From contig CP126532.1 in assembly GCA_030167145.1 (NCBI GenBank), positions 2,280,001 through 2,312,000 of the forward strand: a stretch of DNA of 32,000 nucleotides, written 5' to 3'. The position numbers were made by a program, and so were the translations under genes. Positions 1-7,031 of the stretch are shown in pieces (positions within the stretch are counted from its first letter, which is position 1; every line of letters begins with the position of its first letter). This stretch comes from Ktedonobacterales bacterium (GTDB lineage Bacteria > Chloroflexota > Ktedonobacteria > Ktedonobacterales > JADMIN01). The notes under the pieces are model-generated. The model was not told the origin of the DNA. It did no database searches and saw only the letters and a program-made list of their open reading frames with translations.

Positions 1-818
1 CATTTGTGGTGCATTTGGAAACGCTTGGCTCGCAAACGCTCGCTACTGCGCCAACATATCTCACTACTGATGCCGGCCTGACGTGGCAACTTCTCACGCC
101 ATCGGACTCAGATGTGCGCAGCATCAGGCCCTGGCCCACAGGATTGGTTGCTGGGCATCTGTTTGCCACGCTCTGCTGCGATCCGCTTACTCCCACTGGG
201 CAAGATACGGTCGAGCGATTCCCCAATGGGAGCTGGCAGATAGTGAATACCCAGCCACACGATGCGCACCTGCCCTCTCTGCAATCCGCCAACTCGTTCG
301 CAGTAGACCCGGACGATCCGCAGCGGCTGTATATCGCCGCGAACTATGGAGATGCAAATACTGGCGGGATGGGGATCTTTGCCTCCACTGATGGAGGTGC
401 GACGTGGAAAGCCATCTATCACATCACCAATTTGAACCTGGCAGTGATCTGGACAGAGCCAGATGGGCGCATCTACGTGCAACAGACCGTGGGCACTGAA
501 ACACCAACGCAGTACCAGCTCTATTACGGCGCGAATCATGGCGCTAGCTGGACGCCAATCGCGCTGCATGATCGTAGCTCCGGCGGCGAGCAGGTCATCA
601 CAAGCGCGGCGAATCGCGTCGTCACGGTCACGGCAGGACACGTATTCAGTCTCGACCCATCAACAGGTGTTTACAGCTTGCTGGGCACTGCCCCCGAATT
701 TGGCGGCGATATTCATGTCGCGGGCTTCTTTCAATGCACCATTGCAGAGGGGACGACGCCGACGCTGGTGTGTGGCAGCCAGTCGGACATCTACGCCCGT
801 CCACTTCCAGCAGCCTAG
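1..818 (+). CDS. BNR/Asp-box repeat beta-propeller protein (C-terminal part, 5' end outside window)
   Basis: The ORF is open to the window edge, and the listed GTG at nt 6 is probably not the real start. Two Asp-box motifs (STDGGATW, ANHGASWT) are typical of BNR/sialidase/Ycf48-like propellers. Stop TAG at 816-818. Confidence 0.6.
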   Translation, partial: FVVHLETLGSQTLATAPTYLTTDAGLTWQLLTPSDSDVRSIRPWPTGLVAGHLFATLCCDPLTPTGQDTVERFPNGSWQIVNTQPHDAHLPSLQSANSFAVDPDDPQRLYIAANYGDANTGGMGIFASTDGGATWKAIYHITNLNLAVIWTEPDGRIYVQQTVGTETPTQYQLYYGANHGASWTPIALHDRSSGGEQVITSAANRVVTVTAGHVFSLDPSTGVYSLLGTAPEFGGDIHVAGFFQCTIAEGTTPTLVCGSQSDIYARPLPAA

Positions 819-895
819 CCGGCATTGCACGGCGCCTCACCTCCCCGGACTATAATTGCTGGCAGATTGAACAAATCGTTGACCAGCAAGAGCGC

Positions 896-2311
896 ATGAC
901 CGAGGAGGCTGCGATGATGGCAGATGTGCAGAGCTACGACGCGATTATAATCGGCGCGGGGCAGGCGGGCATGCCCCTCTCCATGGCGCTCGCCAGAGCA
1001 GGCCGCCGCACCGCGATCATCGAGTCCACCCATGTCGGCGGCACCTGCATCAACGAAGGCTGCACGCCCACCAAGACGATGATTGCCAGCGGACGCGTCG
1101 CGTACCTCGCCCGGCGCGGCGCGGACTACGGGGTGCATACCGGCGCGCTGAGTGTGGATATGGTGAAGGTGCGTCAGCGCAAGCGCGACATCGTCAACAG
1201 CTTCTGCGATGGTGACCAGCGCCGCATCGAAGATACCCCCGGTGTAGATCTGATCTTCGGGGAGGCTAGCTTCATCGCCCCCAAGACGCTGGCAGTGCAG
1301 GGCAACGATGGCACGCTGCGCCACCTCAGCGCGCCAACCATCCTCATCAACGCTGGCGCACGCCCCAGCACACCCAACCTCCCCGGACTCGACACTGTAT
1401 CCGCGCTGAATTCGACCAGCATCATGGAGCTAGATACTGTGCCAGAGCATCTGCTGGTGCTTGGCGGCGGCTATGTCGGTCTGGAGTTCGGTCAGCTTTT
1501 CCGACGGCTCGGCAGCCGTGTCACGATCATCCAGCGTAGAACCCACCTGCTCGCCCGCGAAGATGACGACGTAGCTGAGGCGGTCGCGGACATTCTGCGC
1601 CAGGACGGCATCGAAATCCTGCTCAATAGCAGCGCCACGCGCGTCGCACAGGATGCCTCCGGCGCGGTCGCGCTTCGCGTCATGTCGCCCGCTGGCGAGC
1701 GCACACTGACTGGCTCGCATCTGCTGGTCGCGGTTGGCCGCATGCCCAATAGCGACCGGCTGAATCTCCCCGCGGCGGGCATCATGACCGATAGCCACGG
1801 CTTCATCCATGCTAATGACAAGCTCGAAACCAGTGTACCAGGCATCTACGCCCTGGGTGACGTGAAAGGTGGCCCAGCTTTCACGCATATCTCCTACGAC
1901 GACTTTCGCATCATCCGCACGAACCTGATCGAAGGCGGCAACACCAGCATTGCCGGGCGGCTGGTGCCCTACACCGTCTTCATTGATCCACAGCTTGGCC
2001 GCGTCGGGCTGACCGAACGCGAGGCACGCGAGCAGGGCGCGAATATCATCGTCGCAAAGATGCCGATGAACTACGTGGCCCGCGCGCTGGAGGTGGACGA
2101 GGCGCGCGGCTTCATGAAGGCTATCGTGGACCGCGACAGCAAACAGATTCTCGGCGCGGCAATTCTGGGCATCGAGGGCGGCGAGATCATGGCGATGCTG
2201 GAGATCGCCATGCTCGGCAAGCTGCCCTACACCACGCTGCGCGACGCCGTCTTCGCCCATCCGACGCTAGCCGAAGCGCTCAACAACCTGTTCACCAGCA
2301 TCGAGAGGTAG
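896..2311 (+). CDS. Class I FAD-dependent pyridine nucleotide-disulfide oxidoreductase, RclA/YkgC-like (MerA-core related, no NmerA domain)
   Basis: ATG 896 was chosen because the ORF opens at 734 but overlaps the upstream gene. FAD fold YDAIIIGAGQAGMPLS; redox-active disulfide GGTCINEGCTPTK; NAD(P) fold VLGGGYVGLEFGQ; C-terminal dimerisation region FAHPTLAEALNNLF. The overall layout closely recalls E. coli RclA. Confidence 0.85.
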   Translation: MTEEAAMMADVQSYDAIIIGAGQAGMPLSMALARAGRRTAIIESTHVGGTCINEGCTPTKTMIASGRVAYLARRGADYGVHTGALSVDMVKVRQRKRDIVNSFCDGDQRRIEDTPGVDLIFGEASFIAPKTLAVQGNDGTLRHLSAPTILINAGARPSTPNLPGLDTVSALNSTSIMELDTVPEHLLVLGGGYVGLEFGQLFRRLGSRVTIIQRRTHLLAREDDDVAEAVADILRQDGIEILLNSSATRVAQDASGAVALRVMSPAGERTLTGSHLLVAVGRMPNSDRLNLPAAGIMTDSHGFIHANDKLETSVPGIYALGDVKGGPAFTHISYDDFRIIRTNLIEGGNTSIAGRLVPYTVFIDPQLGRVGLTEREAREQGANIIVAKMPMNYVARALEVDEARGFMKAIVDRDSKQILGAAILGIEGGEIMAMLEIAMLGKLPYTTLRDAVFAHPTLAEALNNLFTSIER

Positions 2312-2385
2312 CCTCAACTGGACAGGCCCGCGCCTGAATTGATACGGCGGCGAGGGCGTGTCACACACATGGCGATTTTCACGGA

Positions 2386-2417
2386 GGGACTTTTTACTGC
2401 TATCGGTAAAAAGTCCC
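2386..2417. promoter_or_regulatory. Perfect inverted repeat GGGACTTTTTAC-N8-GTAAAAAGTCCC (copy 1 of the GACTTTTTAC palindrome family)
   Basis: Read directly: arms 2386-2397 and 2406-2417 are exact reverse complements. Lies in the 440-bp intergenic region upstream of dinD. Confidence 0.5.
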
Positions 2418-2433
2418 TCAGCAAAGACATCTG

Positions 2434-2465
2434 CCGACTTTTTAACCGCGTCGTTGAAAAGTCCG
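2434..2465. promoter_or_regulatory. Imperfect inverted repeat CCGACTTTTTAAC-N6-GTTGAAAAGTCCG (copy 2 of the same family)
   Basis: Read directly: 13-nt arms with 2 mismatches, sharing the GACTTTT core with copies 1 and 3. Its centre is 48 bp from copy 1. Confidence 0.45.
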
Positions 2466-2504
2466 AAACAACACTACCCTGAACCACCACGATACACGCC
2501 AGTA

Positions 2505-2513
2505 TGCTATACT
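2505..2513 (+). promoter_or_regulatory. Candidate extended -10 promoter element TGCTATACT (for dinD)
   Basis: TGn + TATACT. The identical 9-mer recurs at 13138-13146 upstream of another gene. No convincing -35. Confidence 0.3.
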
Positions 2514-2752
2514 GTATTCAGAACGTGCGATGGACGTACCCGTTAGCGCGGATACGCCCATCTAACCCCGACGCTGTAGAGGGCAGCGTATAAGGCTTCG
2601 TCCAGGATAGCACACAAGTAGGGCGAATCTTGTCCCATATGTCCGCATCCTGGCCAGTCCTCACACACATCCCTCATCAGCGCCCGCAAGGTCGTTCACG
2701 AAAGGCGCATGATGTCCATGCGCCACAAGCACCGCGAGAGGGAGCGAGTAGC

Positions 2753-3625
2753 ATGCCAGCAGAACCCCAAGTGTCCGCGTTCGAGTCCATCAAGCACATC
2801 ACCGAAGATGGCAGCGAGTATTGGAGCGCCCGCGAGTTGATGAAGCTCCTGGGCTACACCCGGTGGCAGAATTTTGGAGAAGTCATTGACGAGGCCAAGG
2901 AAGTCTGTCGCACAAACGGCGGTGACGTGGACCGACTTTTTACTGACAGCAGTAAAAAGTCCCGTGGGCGTGATGCGCAAGACTACCATCTCACCCGCCA
3001 TGCCTGCTACATCGTTGCTGAGAGCGCCGACGGGCGTAAACCGCAGGTCGCGCTCGCCAAAATCTACTTCGCGCTGACCACCGAACGCTACGAGTTACTC
3101 GCGCAATCGGAAGAAGATCGCCTTCGCATCGAGCAGCGGCGCAAGCTCTTGCGGCACAACGCGGAACTCGCACTGCAAGCTCGTGCCGCTGGCGTGATGA
3201 CTGACCGCGAGTTTGCCACCTTCTTCAACGCTGGCTATCGCGGCCTCTATCGCGAGCGGCAACATGAAATCCGCGCACGCAAAGGGCTGAAGCATGGTCA
3301 GGACATCAGCGACTTTATGGGCAGCCTGGAGGTCGCCGCAAATGACTTTCGCGCGGCCCTTGCCCGCCAGTTGCTTGCGGACCGCGGTGTTACGGGCGTC
3401 CCGGCGGCGAACGCCACGCACTATGAAGCCGGTGACTCGGTACGCGCACTCTTAGTAACAAAGGGCATCCATCCAGAGCAGCTTCCCACACCTGCCAAAA
3501 GCTATCAGCAACTGCTCTACGAAGAGGAAGCGCGCCAGCGCATTCTCGCTGAGGACGACCAGGGACTATGGTCACTGCTGTCACCGGCGGCAGTGGATAA
3601 TCCGCAGGCAGAAGAAGACGAGTAG
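2753..3625 (+). CDS. dinD: DNA damage-inducible protein D (DinD family)
   Basis: Start ATG 2753 is preceded by GGGAGCGAG. The N-terminus FESIKHITEDGSEYWSARELMKLLGY and the later blocks HACYIVAES, FFNAGYRGLY, RKGLKHGQDISDFMGSLEVAAN and EQLPTP parallel E. coli DinD over its whole length. The upstream part of the ORF (2630-2752) has no DinD counterpart. Confidence 0.85.
   Translation: MPAEPQVSAFESIKHITEDGSEYWSARELMKLLGYTRWQNFGEVIDEAKEVCRTNGGDVDRLFTDSSKKSRGRDAQDYHLTRHACYIVAESADGRKPQVALAKIYFALTTERYELLAQSEEDRLRIEQRRKLLRHNAELALQARAAGVMTDREFATFFNAGYRGLYRERQHEIRARKGLKHGQDISDFMGSLEVAANDFRAALARQLLADRGVTGVPAANATHYEAGDSVRALLVTKGIHPEQLPTPAKSYQQLLYEEEARQRILAEDDQGLWSLLSPAAVDNPQAEEDE
2934..2961. promoter_or_regulatory. 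Perfect inverted repeat GACTTTTTACTG-N4-CAGTAAAAAGTC (copy 3), located inside the dinD coding sequence
   Basis: Read directly: arms 2934-2945 and 2950-2961 are exact reverse complements. Encodes DRLFTDSSKKS within DinD. Confidence 0.45.
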
Positions 3626-3650
3626 TAACCGTCTTTCGTCCCGGCGCATT

Positions 3651-4052
3651 TCACGGCCCCTTCGCGCTGGGCGGCGCGACACGGGTCAGGCGCATGTAGT
3701 CATGCACACCGATGAAGCGAAGGATCAGGCGGACGGGAAGTGGCGCCCAGCGCTGGTCTGGATCGCTGATGATGCGCGGGTGGGTGAGGGCGACTTTGCG
3801 CCCCTGCGTCACCAGTTCGCAGCCGCCCGCCGCCTGCACGTTGCGCACCCAGTCGCGCGCCGCGCCGTAGGTGAGCGCGATGATGTAGTCGTTCTTGTCG
3901 CGGAAGGCATTGACTGGCGTGCGAAACGTCCGCCCGGAGCGGCGCCCGGTGTGAATGACGATGGCGAATCCCGGCACTCGCCCGGCGAATGTTCGAGTGA
4001 CGCGATTGGTTGTCTGGCGGTTGAAACGTGCCAGCCACGGTGGCAGGGCCAT
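3651..4052 (-). CDS. Deazaflavin (F420)-dependent nitroreductase-family oxidoreductase (DUF385/Ddn-like)
   Basis: ATG 4052 with GAGGAG 8 nt upstream. The sequence NRVTRTFAGRVPGFAIVIHTGRRSGRTFRTPVNAF...YIIALTYGAARDWVRNV...G is the typical DUF385 split beta-barrel signature. Last gene of the minus-strand tetR-ABC cluster. Confidence 0.8.
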   Translation of the reverse strand: MALPPWLARFNRQTTNRVTRTFAGRVPGFAIVIHTGRRSGRTFRTPVNAFRDKNDYIIALTYGAARDWVRNVQAAGGCELVTQGRKVALTHPRIISDPDQRWAPLPVRLILRFIGVHDYMRLTRVAPPSAKGP

Positions 4053-4132
4053 GGCATTGCTCCTCACCTGGATTGCGCATGTCTCGTATGCTTGGCAATT
4101 GCGCTGATGTGGGCACTCATCCCAGCCACTGG

Positions 4133-5287
4133 CTACACGCGCTCTTGCCGCAGCGAGAACGCCGCCAGCACCACCATCAGCACCGCAAAACCCACCAGAA
4201 ACGCCAGATCTGGCCACACATCGCTGAAGCCCATCCCTTTGAGCATCACATCTTGCAGCGCGAAATTGGCATAGGTCAGCGGCATGACATACGCGAGTTG
4301 CTTCAGCACCACCGGCAGCGTCGCCACCGCAAAAAACAGCCCGCCCAGCAATATCTGCGGCACCAGCAGCAGCGGAATGAACTGGATCACCTGCAACTCG
4401 TTGCGCGCGAACGCCGAGACGAAGATGCCCATATTCACCGCGCCGATGGTCAGCACGAGCGTTACCAGAAAGATCAGCCCCAGGTTTCCTGCGTAATGCA
4501 CCCGCAGCACACCCACGACGAACAGCAGGATGATCAGCGATTGCAGCAGCGCGAAGAGCGTGAAACCCAGCACGTAGCCCATCACCAGCTCGCTCTTGGT
4601 CAGCGGCGAGACCATCAGCCGCTCGATGGTTCCCTGCGAGCGCTCGCGCAGAAAGGAGACGGAGGTGAGCAGGAAGATGAAAAAGAACGCGAAGAGGCCG
4701 ACAAAGAGCGGCGCCAGGCTATCGGTCTGAGTGTACTGCGGGCCGCCGTAGAGGTAGCTCACTGCCACCGGCGTAGCAGTCACTGGCGCGGTCAGCCCGG
4801 CGGGAAGAGATGCGCCCTGCTGCTGCGAGGCCAACGCAGCCACGAGTTGCGCCACCAGCCCGCGCAGTTGCTTCGCCGCCGCTGGATTCGAACCTTCCAG
4901 CCGCAGCACCGGCGCTGGCGCGCTACTGTCCAGCGTGGCGGGGAAGACCAGCACGCCATCGGCGTCGCCATCGCGTAGCGTCGTATCCACCGCGTCGCGG
5001 ACAACCGTCTTGACGGTGACGCCGCCCTGGCCATTCAGTTGCGCCCGCACCTGGCTCACCAGCGCCGCCCCAAACGGACCATCTGGCGGCACGATGCCCA
5101 GCGTCAGCCCCGACGACGAGCTGTTCATGACGAAATTGAGCAGCGTCATCACCAGCAGCGGGGCCAGGAATATCAAGGCCATCGTGCGCCGGTCGCGCGT
5201 GAACTGCCGCACGATGCGCCCCGCCAGCGCCAGAACTCTGCGAATAGACATACCAACCACGACCTTTCTCTCGCCCACATCACCCAC
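4133..5287 (-). CDS. ABC-2 type transporter permease
   Basis: N-terminal TM segment, large extracytoplasmic loop, then five C-terminal TM segments (typical YhhJ/ABC-2 layout). GTG 5287 lies 4 nt after the stop of the ATPase gene, which suggests translational coupling. Alternative start ATG 5251. Confidence 0.85.
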   Translation of the reverse strand: MGDVGERKVVVGMSIRRVLALAGRIVRQFTRDRRTMALIFLAPLLVMTLLNFVMNSSSSGLTLGIVPPDGPFGAALVSQVRAQLNGQGGVTVKTVVRDAVDTTLRDGDADGVLVFPATLDSSAPAPVLRLEGSNPAAAKQLRGLVAQLVAALASQQQGASLPAGLTAPVTATPVAVSYLYGGPQYTQTDSLAPLFVGLFAFFFIFLLTSVSFLRERSQGTIERLMVSPLTKSELVMGYVLGFTLFALLQSLIILLFVVGVLRVHYAGNLGLIFLVTLVLTIGAVNMGIFVSAFARNELQVIQFIPLLLVPQILLGGLFFAVATLPVVLKQLAYVMPLTYANFALQDVMLKGMGFSDVWPDLAFLVGFAVLMVVLAAFSLRQERV

Positions 5288-5290
5288 GCA

Positions 5291-6055
5291 CTACGCCTGC
5301 GCCTGAGCCTCGGCTGTCACACTCTGCCGCTGGGCGAAGTAGAGGAATGCCTTGTCGAAATCCTCTTGGCCAGACTCGCGGCGCAGCCCGGCGGGCGTAT
5401 CCACGGCCAGCAGCGTGCCGAAGCGCAGCAGCGCCAGCCGTGTGCAGCGCGCCGCTTCGTCCAGGTGGTGCGTCGAGACCAGAATCGTCACGCCCTCGGT
5501 ATTGAGCCGGGCGAAGTAGTCCCAGAACGCCATGCGCAGTTCGGGGTCAATCCCTACCGTCGGCTCGTCGAGAAACAGCAGCCGTGGCTGGTGAATCAGC
5601 GCGCAGGCCAGCGAGACGCGCTGGCGCATGCCGCCGCTCAGCGTCGCCACCGGCGCGTCCACACGTTCCAACAGGTCCACCAGCCGCAGCGTGTCGGTGA
5701 TACGCCCGGCAAGCGCGCGCCCATGTAGCCCATAGATTGCGCCGAAGAATGCCAGATTCTCGCGCACGCTCAGCTCGCTATAGAGCGCGCTGGATTGCGT
5801 CATGTAGCCGATCTGCGCGGCAACGCGCCGGTCGGGCATGATGCGCCCCAGCACCCGCACCGTCCCGCCGGTCGGCTTGCCCAACCCCAGTAGCAGCCGG
5901 ATCAACGTCGTCTTGCCAGAGCCATTGGGGCCGATCAGCCCAAACGTCTCGCCCGCACGCACCGTCAGCGTCACCCCGCTCAGTGCGCGCACCTGCCCGA
6001 ACGCCTTGCTGACGTTCGCCAGCGCCACTGGCGCGTTCGCGAGTTCATCGCCCAT
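5291..6055 (-). CDS. ABC transporter ATP-binding protein
   Basis: ATG 6055 with GGAGGG 6 nt upstream. Walker A GPNGSGKTT, Q-loop, signature LSGGMRQR, Walker B LLFLDEPT, H-loop STHH. Confidence 0.92.
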   Translation of the reverse strand: MGDELANAPVALANVSKAFGQVRALSGVTLTVRAGETFGLIGPNGSGKTTLIRLLLGLGKPTGGTVRVLGRIMPDRRVAAQIGYMTQSSALYSELSVRENLAFFGAIYGLHGRALAGRITDTLRLVDLLERVDAPVATLSGGMRQRVSLACALIHQPRLLFLDEPTVGIDPELRMAFWDYFARLNTEGVTILVSTHHLDEAARCTRLALLRFGTLLAVDTPAGLRRESGQEDFDKAFLYFAQRQSVTAEAQAQA

Positions 6056-6102
6056 AGTAGCCCTCCACTCGTGCCACACAGGTCACACAGCGACATTCAC
6101 TG

Positions 6103-6120
6103 AATGAACACTCATTCAAT
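6103..6120. promoter_or_regulatory. Candidate TetR operator AATGAACACTCATTCAAT (between tetR stop and ABC ATPase start)
   Basis: Palindromic half-sites (TGAATGA-N4-TCATTCA around it). 15/18 identical to the 18-mer at 6742-6759. Lies 48-65 nt upstream of the ABC ATPase start. Confidence 0.5.
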
Positions 6121-6145
6121 CATGCCGCGAAAAAAATGCCGCGAA

Positions 6146-6727
6146 TCACGGGGCCGCGACGCCGCAGAGCAGATTATCTATGATGTCGGTGATATACGGC
6201 TCGGCAGGCGCGCCGGTGAGACGCAGCGCCAGGATCGAGCCGACCAGCATCCGCGCCGTTGCCTCGGCATTGTGGGGGCGCAGCTCCCCCGCCGCGATGC
6301 GTCCATTGAGATACCCGACCAGCAGCGCGATGCCCATCTGTTGCAGCACCCGGATGCGCTGGAGCATCTCAGGGCGGCTGAGCGCCTCATGAAAGACGAT
6401 GCGCAGCAGATCTTGCCGTTCGCCCATCAGGGCATAGCCGCGTGTCGCGGCGAGCAGCATAAACTCGCGCACGGGCAGTGTCTCAGCCTGGGCAAATAGG
6501 GCGGTCATCTCCGCCAGCGGGTTGTGTCTCTCGATGATTGCCCAGAACAGGGCGTCTTTATTCTCGAAGTAGTGGTAGATCAGCCCCGGCGCGACCCCCG
6601 CCGCGTCGGCAATGTCGCGAATGCTGGTGCGTTCCATTCCCTTCTCCGCGAAGAGCCGGCGCGCAACGTCAATGAGTTGGTTGCGTCGCTCTTGCGCCTG
6701 CGCCTCGCGCTTTGTGGACGTGGTCAC
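6146..6727 (-). CDS. TetR/AcrR family transcriptional regulator
   Basis: HTH TSIRDIADAAGVAPGLIYHYFENKDALF. GTG 6727 is preferred: it has RBS GAGGTG 4-5 nt upstream and lies downstream of the predicted promoter and operator. The longest ORF reaches ATG 6754, which sits inside the operator. Confidence 0.88.
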   Translation of the reverse strand: MTTSTKREAQAQERRNQLIDVARRLFAEKGMERTSIRDIADAAGVAPGLIYHYFENKDALFWAIIERHNPLAEMTALFAQAETLPVREFMLLAATRGYALMGERQDLLRIVFHEALSRPEMLQRIRVLQQMGIALLVGYLNGRIAAGELRPHNAEATARMLVGSILALRLTGAPAEPYITDIIDNLLCGVAAP

Positions 6728-6741
6728 GGGCCACCTCGATG

Positions 6742-6759
6742 ATTGAACGATCATTCAAT
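6742..6759. promoter_or_regulatory. Candidate TetR auto-operator ATTGAACGATCATTCAAT
   Basis: ATTGAA-N6-TTCAAT palindrome immediately downstream of the predicted tetR -10. 15/18 identical to 6103-6120. Confidence 0.5.
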
Positions 6760-6771
6760 GGAACGACACCA

Positions 6772-6801
6772 ACTATAGCCGTGACGCGGGTGCGTTGTCA
6801 A
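6772..6801 (-). promoter_or_regulatory. Sigma-70-type promoter of tetR: TTGACA-N18-TATAGT
   Basis: On the minus strand, a perfect -35 TTGACA (6801-6796) and -10 TATAGT (6777-6772) with an 18-nt spacer. The operator follows directly. Confidence 0.55.
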
Positions 6802-7031
6802 GAGTTCAACCTGTTGCCCACAACATCCACGTAATGTTGTACTATGGCGTATTGCCACATATCGTACACCGTATACCGTATGTGGCCCATATTATGCTGG
6901 CTACTGCTGTGCTTCCGCACGGGCAGATCCGCATCTCACCTTGGGGCGCGCTCCCCCTACGGACACAAACTGATGCTGTCCATTGGCACTCGATTCCAAG
7001 CAGCCATTATCATAGGATTCCTGAGACTTCC

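Noticed and set aside
2511-2530. E. coli-type SOS box (CTG-N10-CAG) or half Cheo box near ACTGTATTCAGAACGTGCG upstream of dinD
   Set aside because: Only CTGTATTCAG (CTG-N4-CAG) and a lone GAAC half-site are present. Neither consensus is satisfied.
2630-2752. Upstream TTG/ATG starts for dinD
   Set aside because: The extension has no counterpart in DinD proteins. ATG 2753 has an RBS-like GGGAG and aligns with the E. coli DinD N-terminus.
4883-4893. tRNA T-loop-like GGTTCGAATCC (minus strand)
   Set aside because: It lies inside the permease CDS. The flanking bases cannot form a T-stem or acceptor stem, so it is a chance match.
4028-4978. 316-aa plus-strand ORF rich in H/Q/R
   Set aside because: It is antisense to the ABC-2 permease. 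The peptide is low-complexity (HHQHRK-like) and not protein-like.
6103-6759. Reading the two tetR-flanking 18-mers as LexA boxes (GAAC-N4-ATTC)
   Set aside because: Each has a mismatch in the critical GTTC arm. Their placement on both sides of a TetR gene, and their mutual similarity beyond the GAAC core, fit a TetR operator better. The alternative is retained only as a caveat.
6795-7031. N-terminal 79-codon extension of the histidine kinase ORF
   Set aside because: The segment is AT-richer with an H/Y/I/V-rich improbable peptide and overlaps hairpins and repeats. ATG 7032 gives a normal GAF-domain N-terminus.
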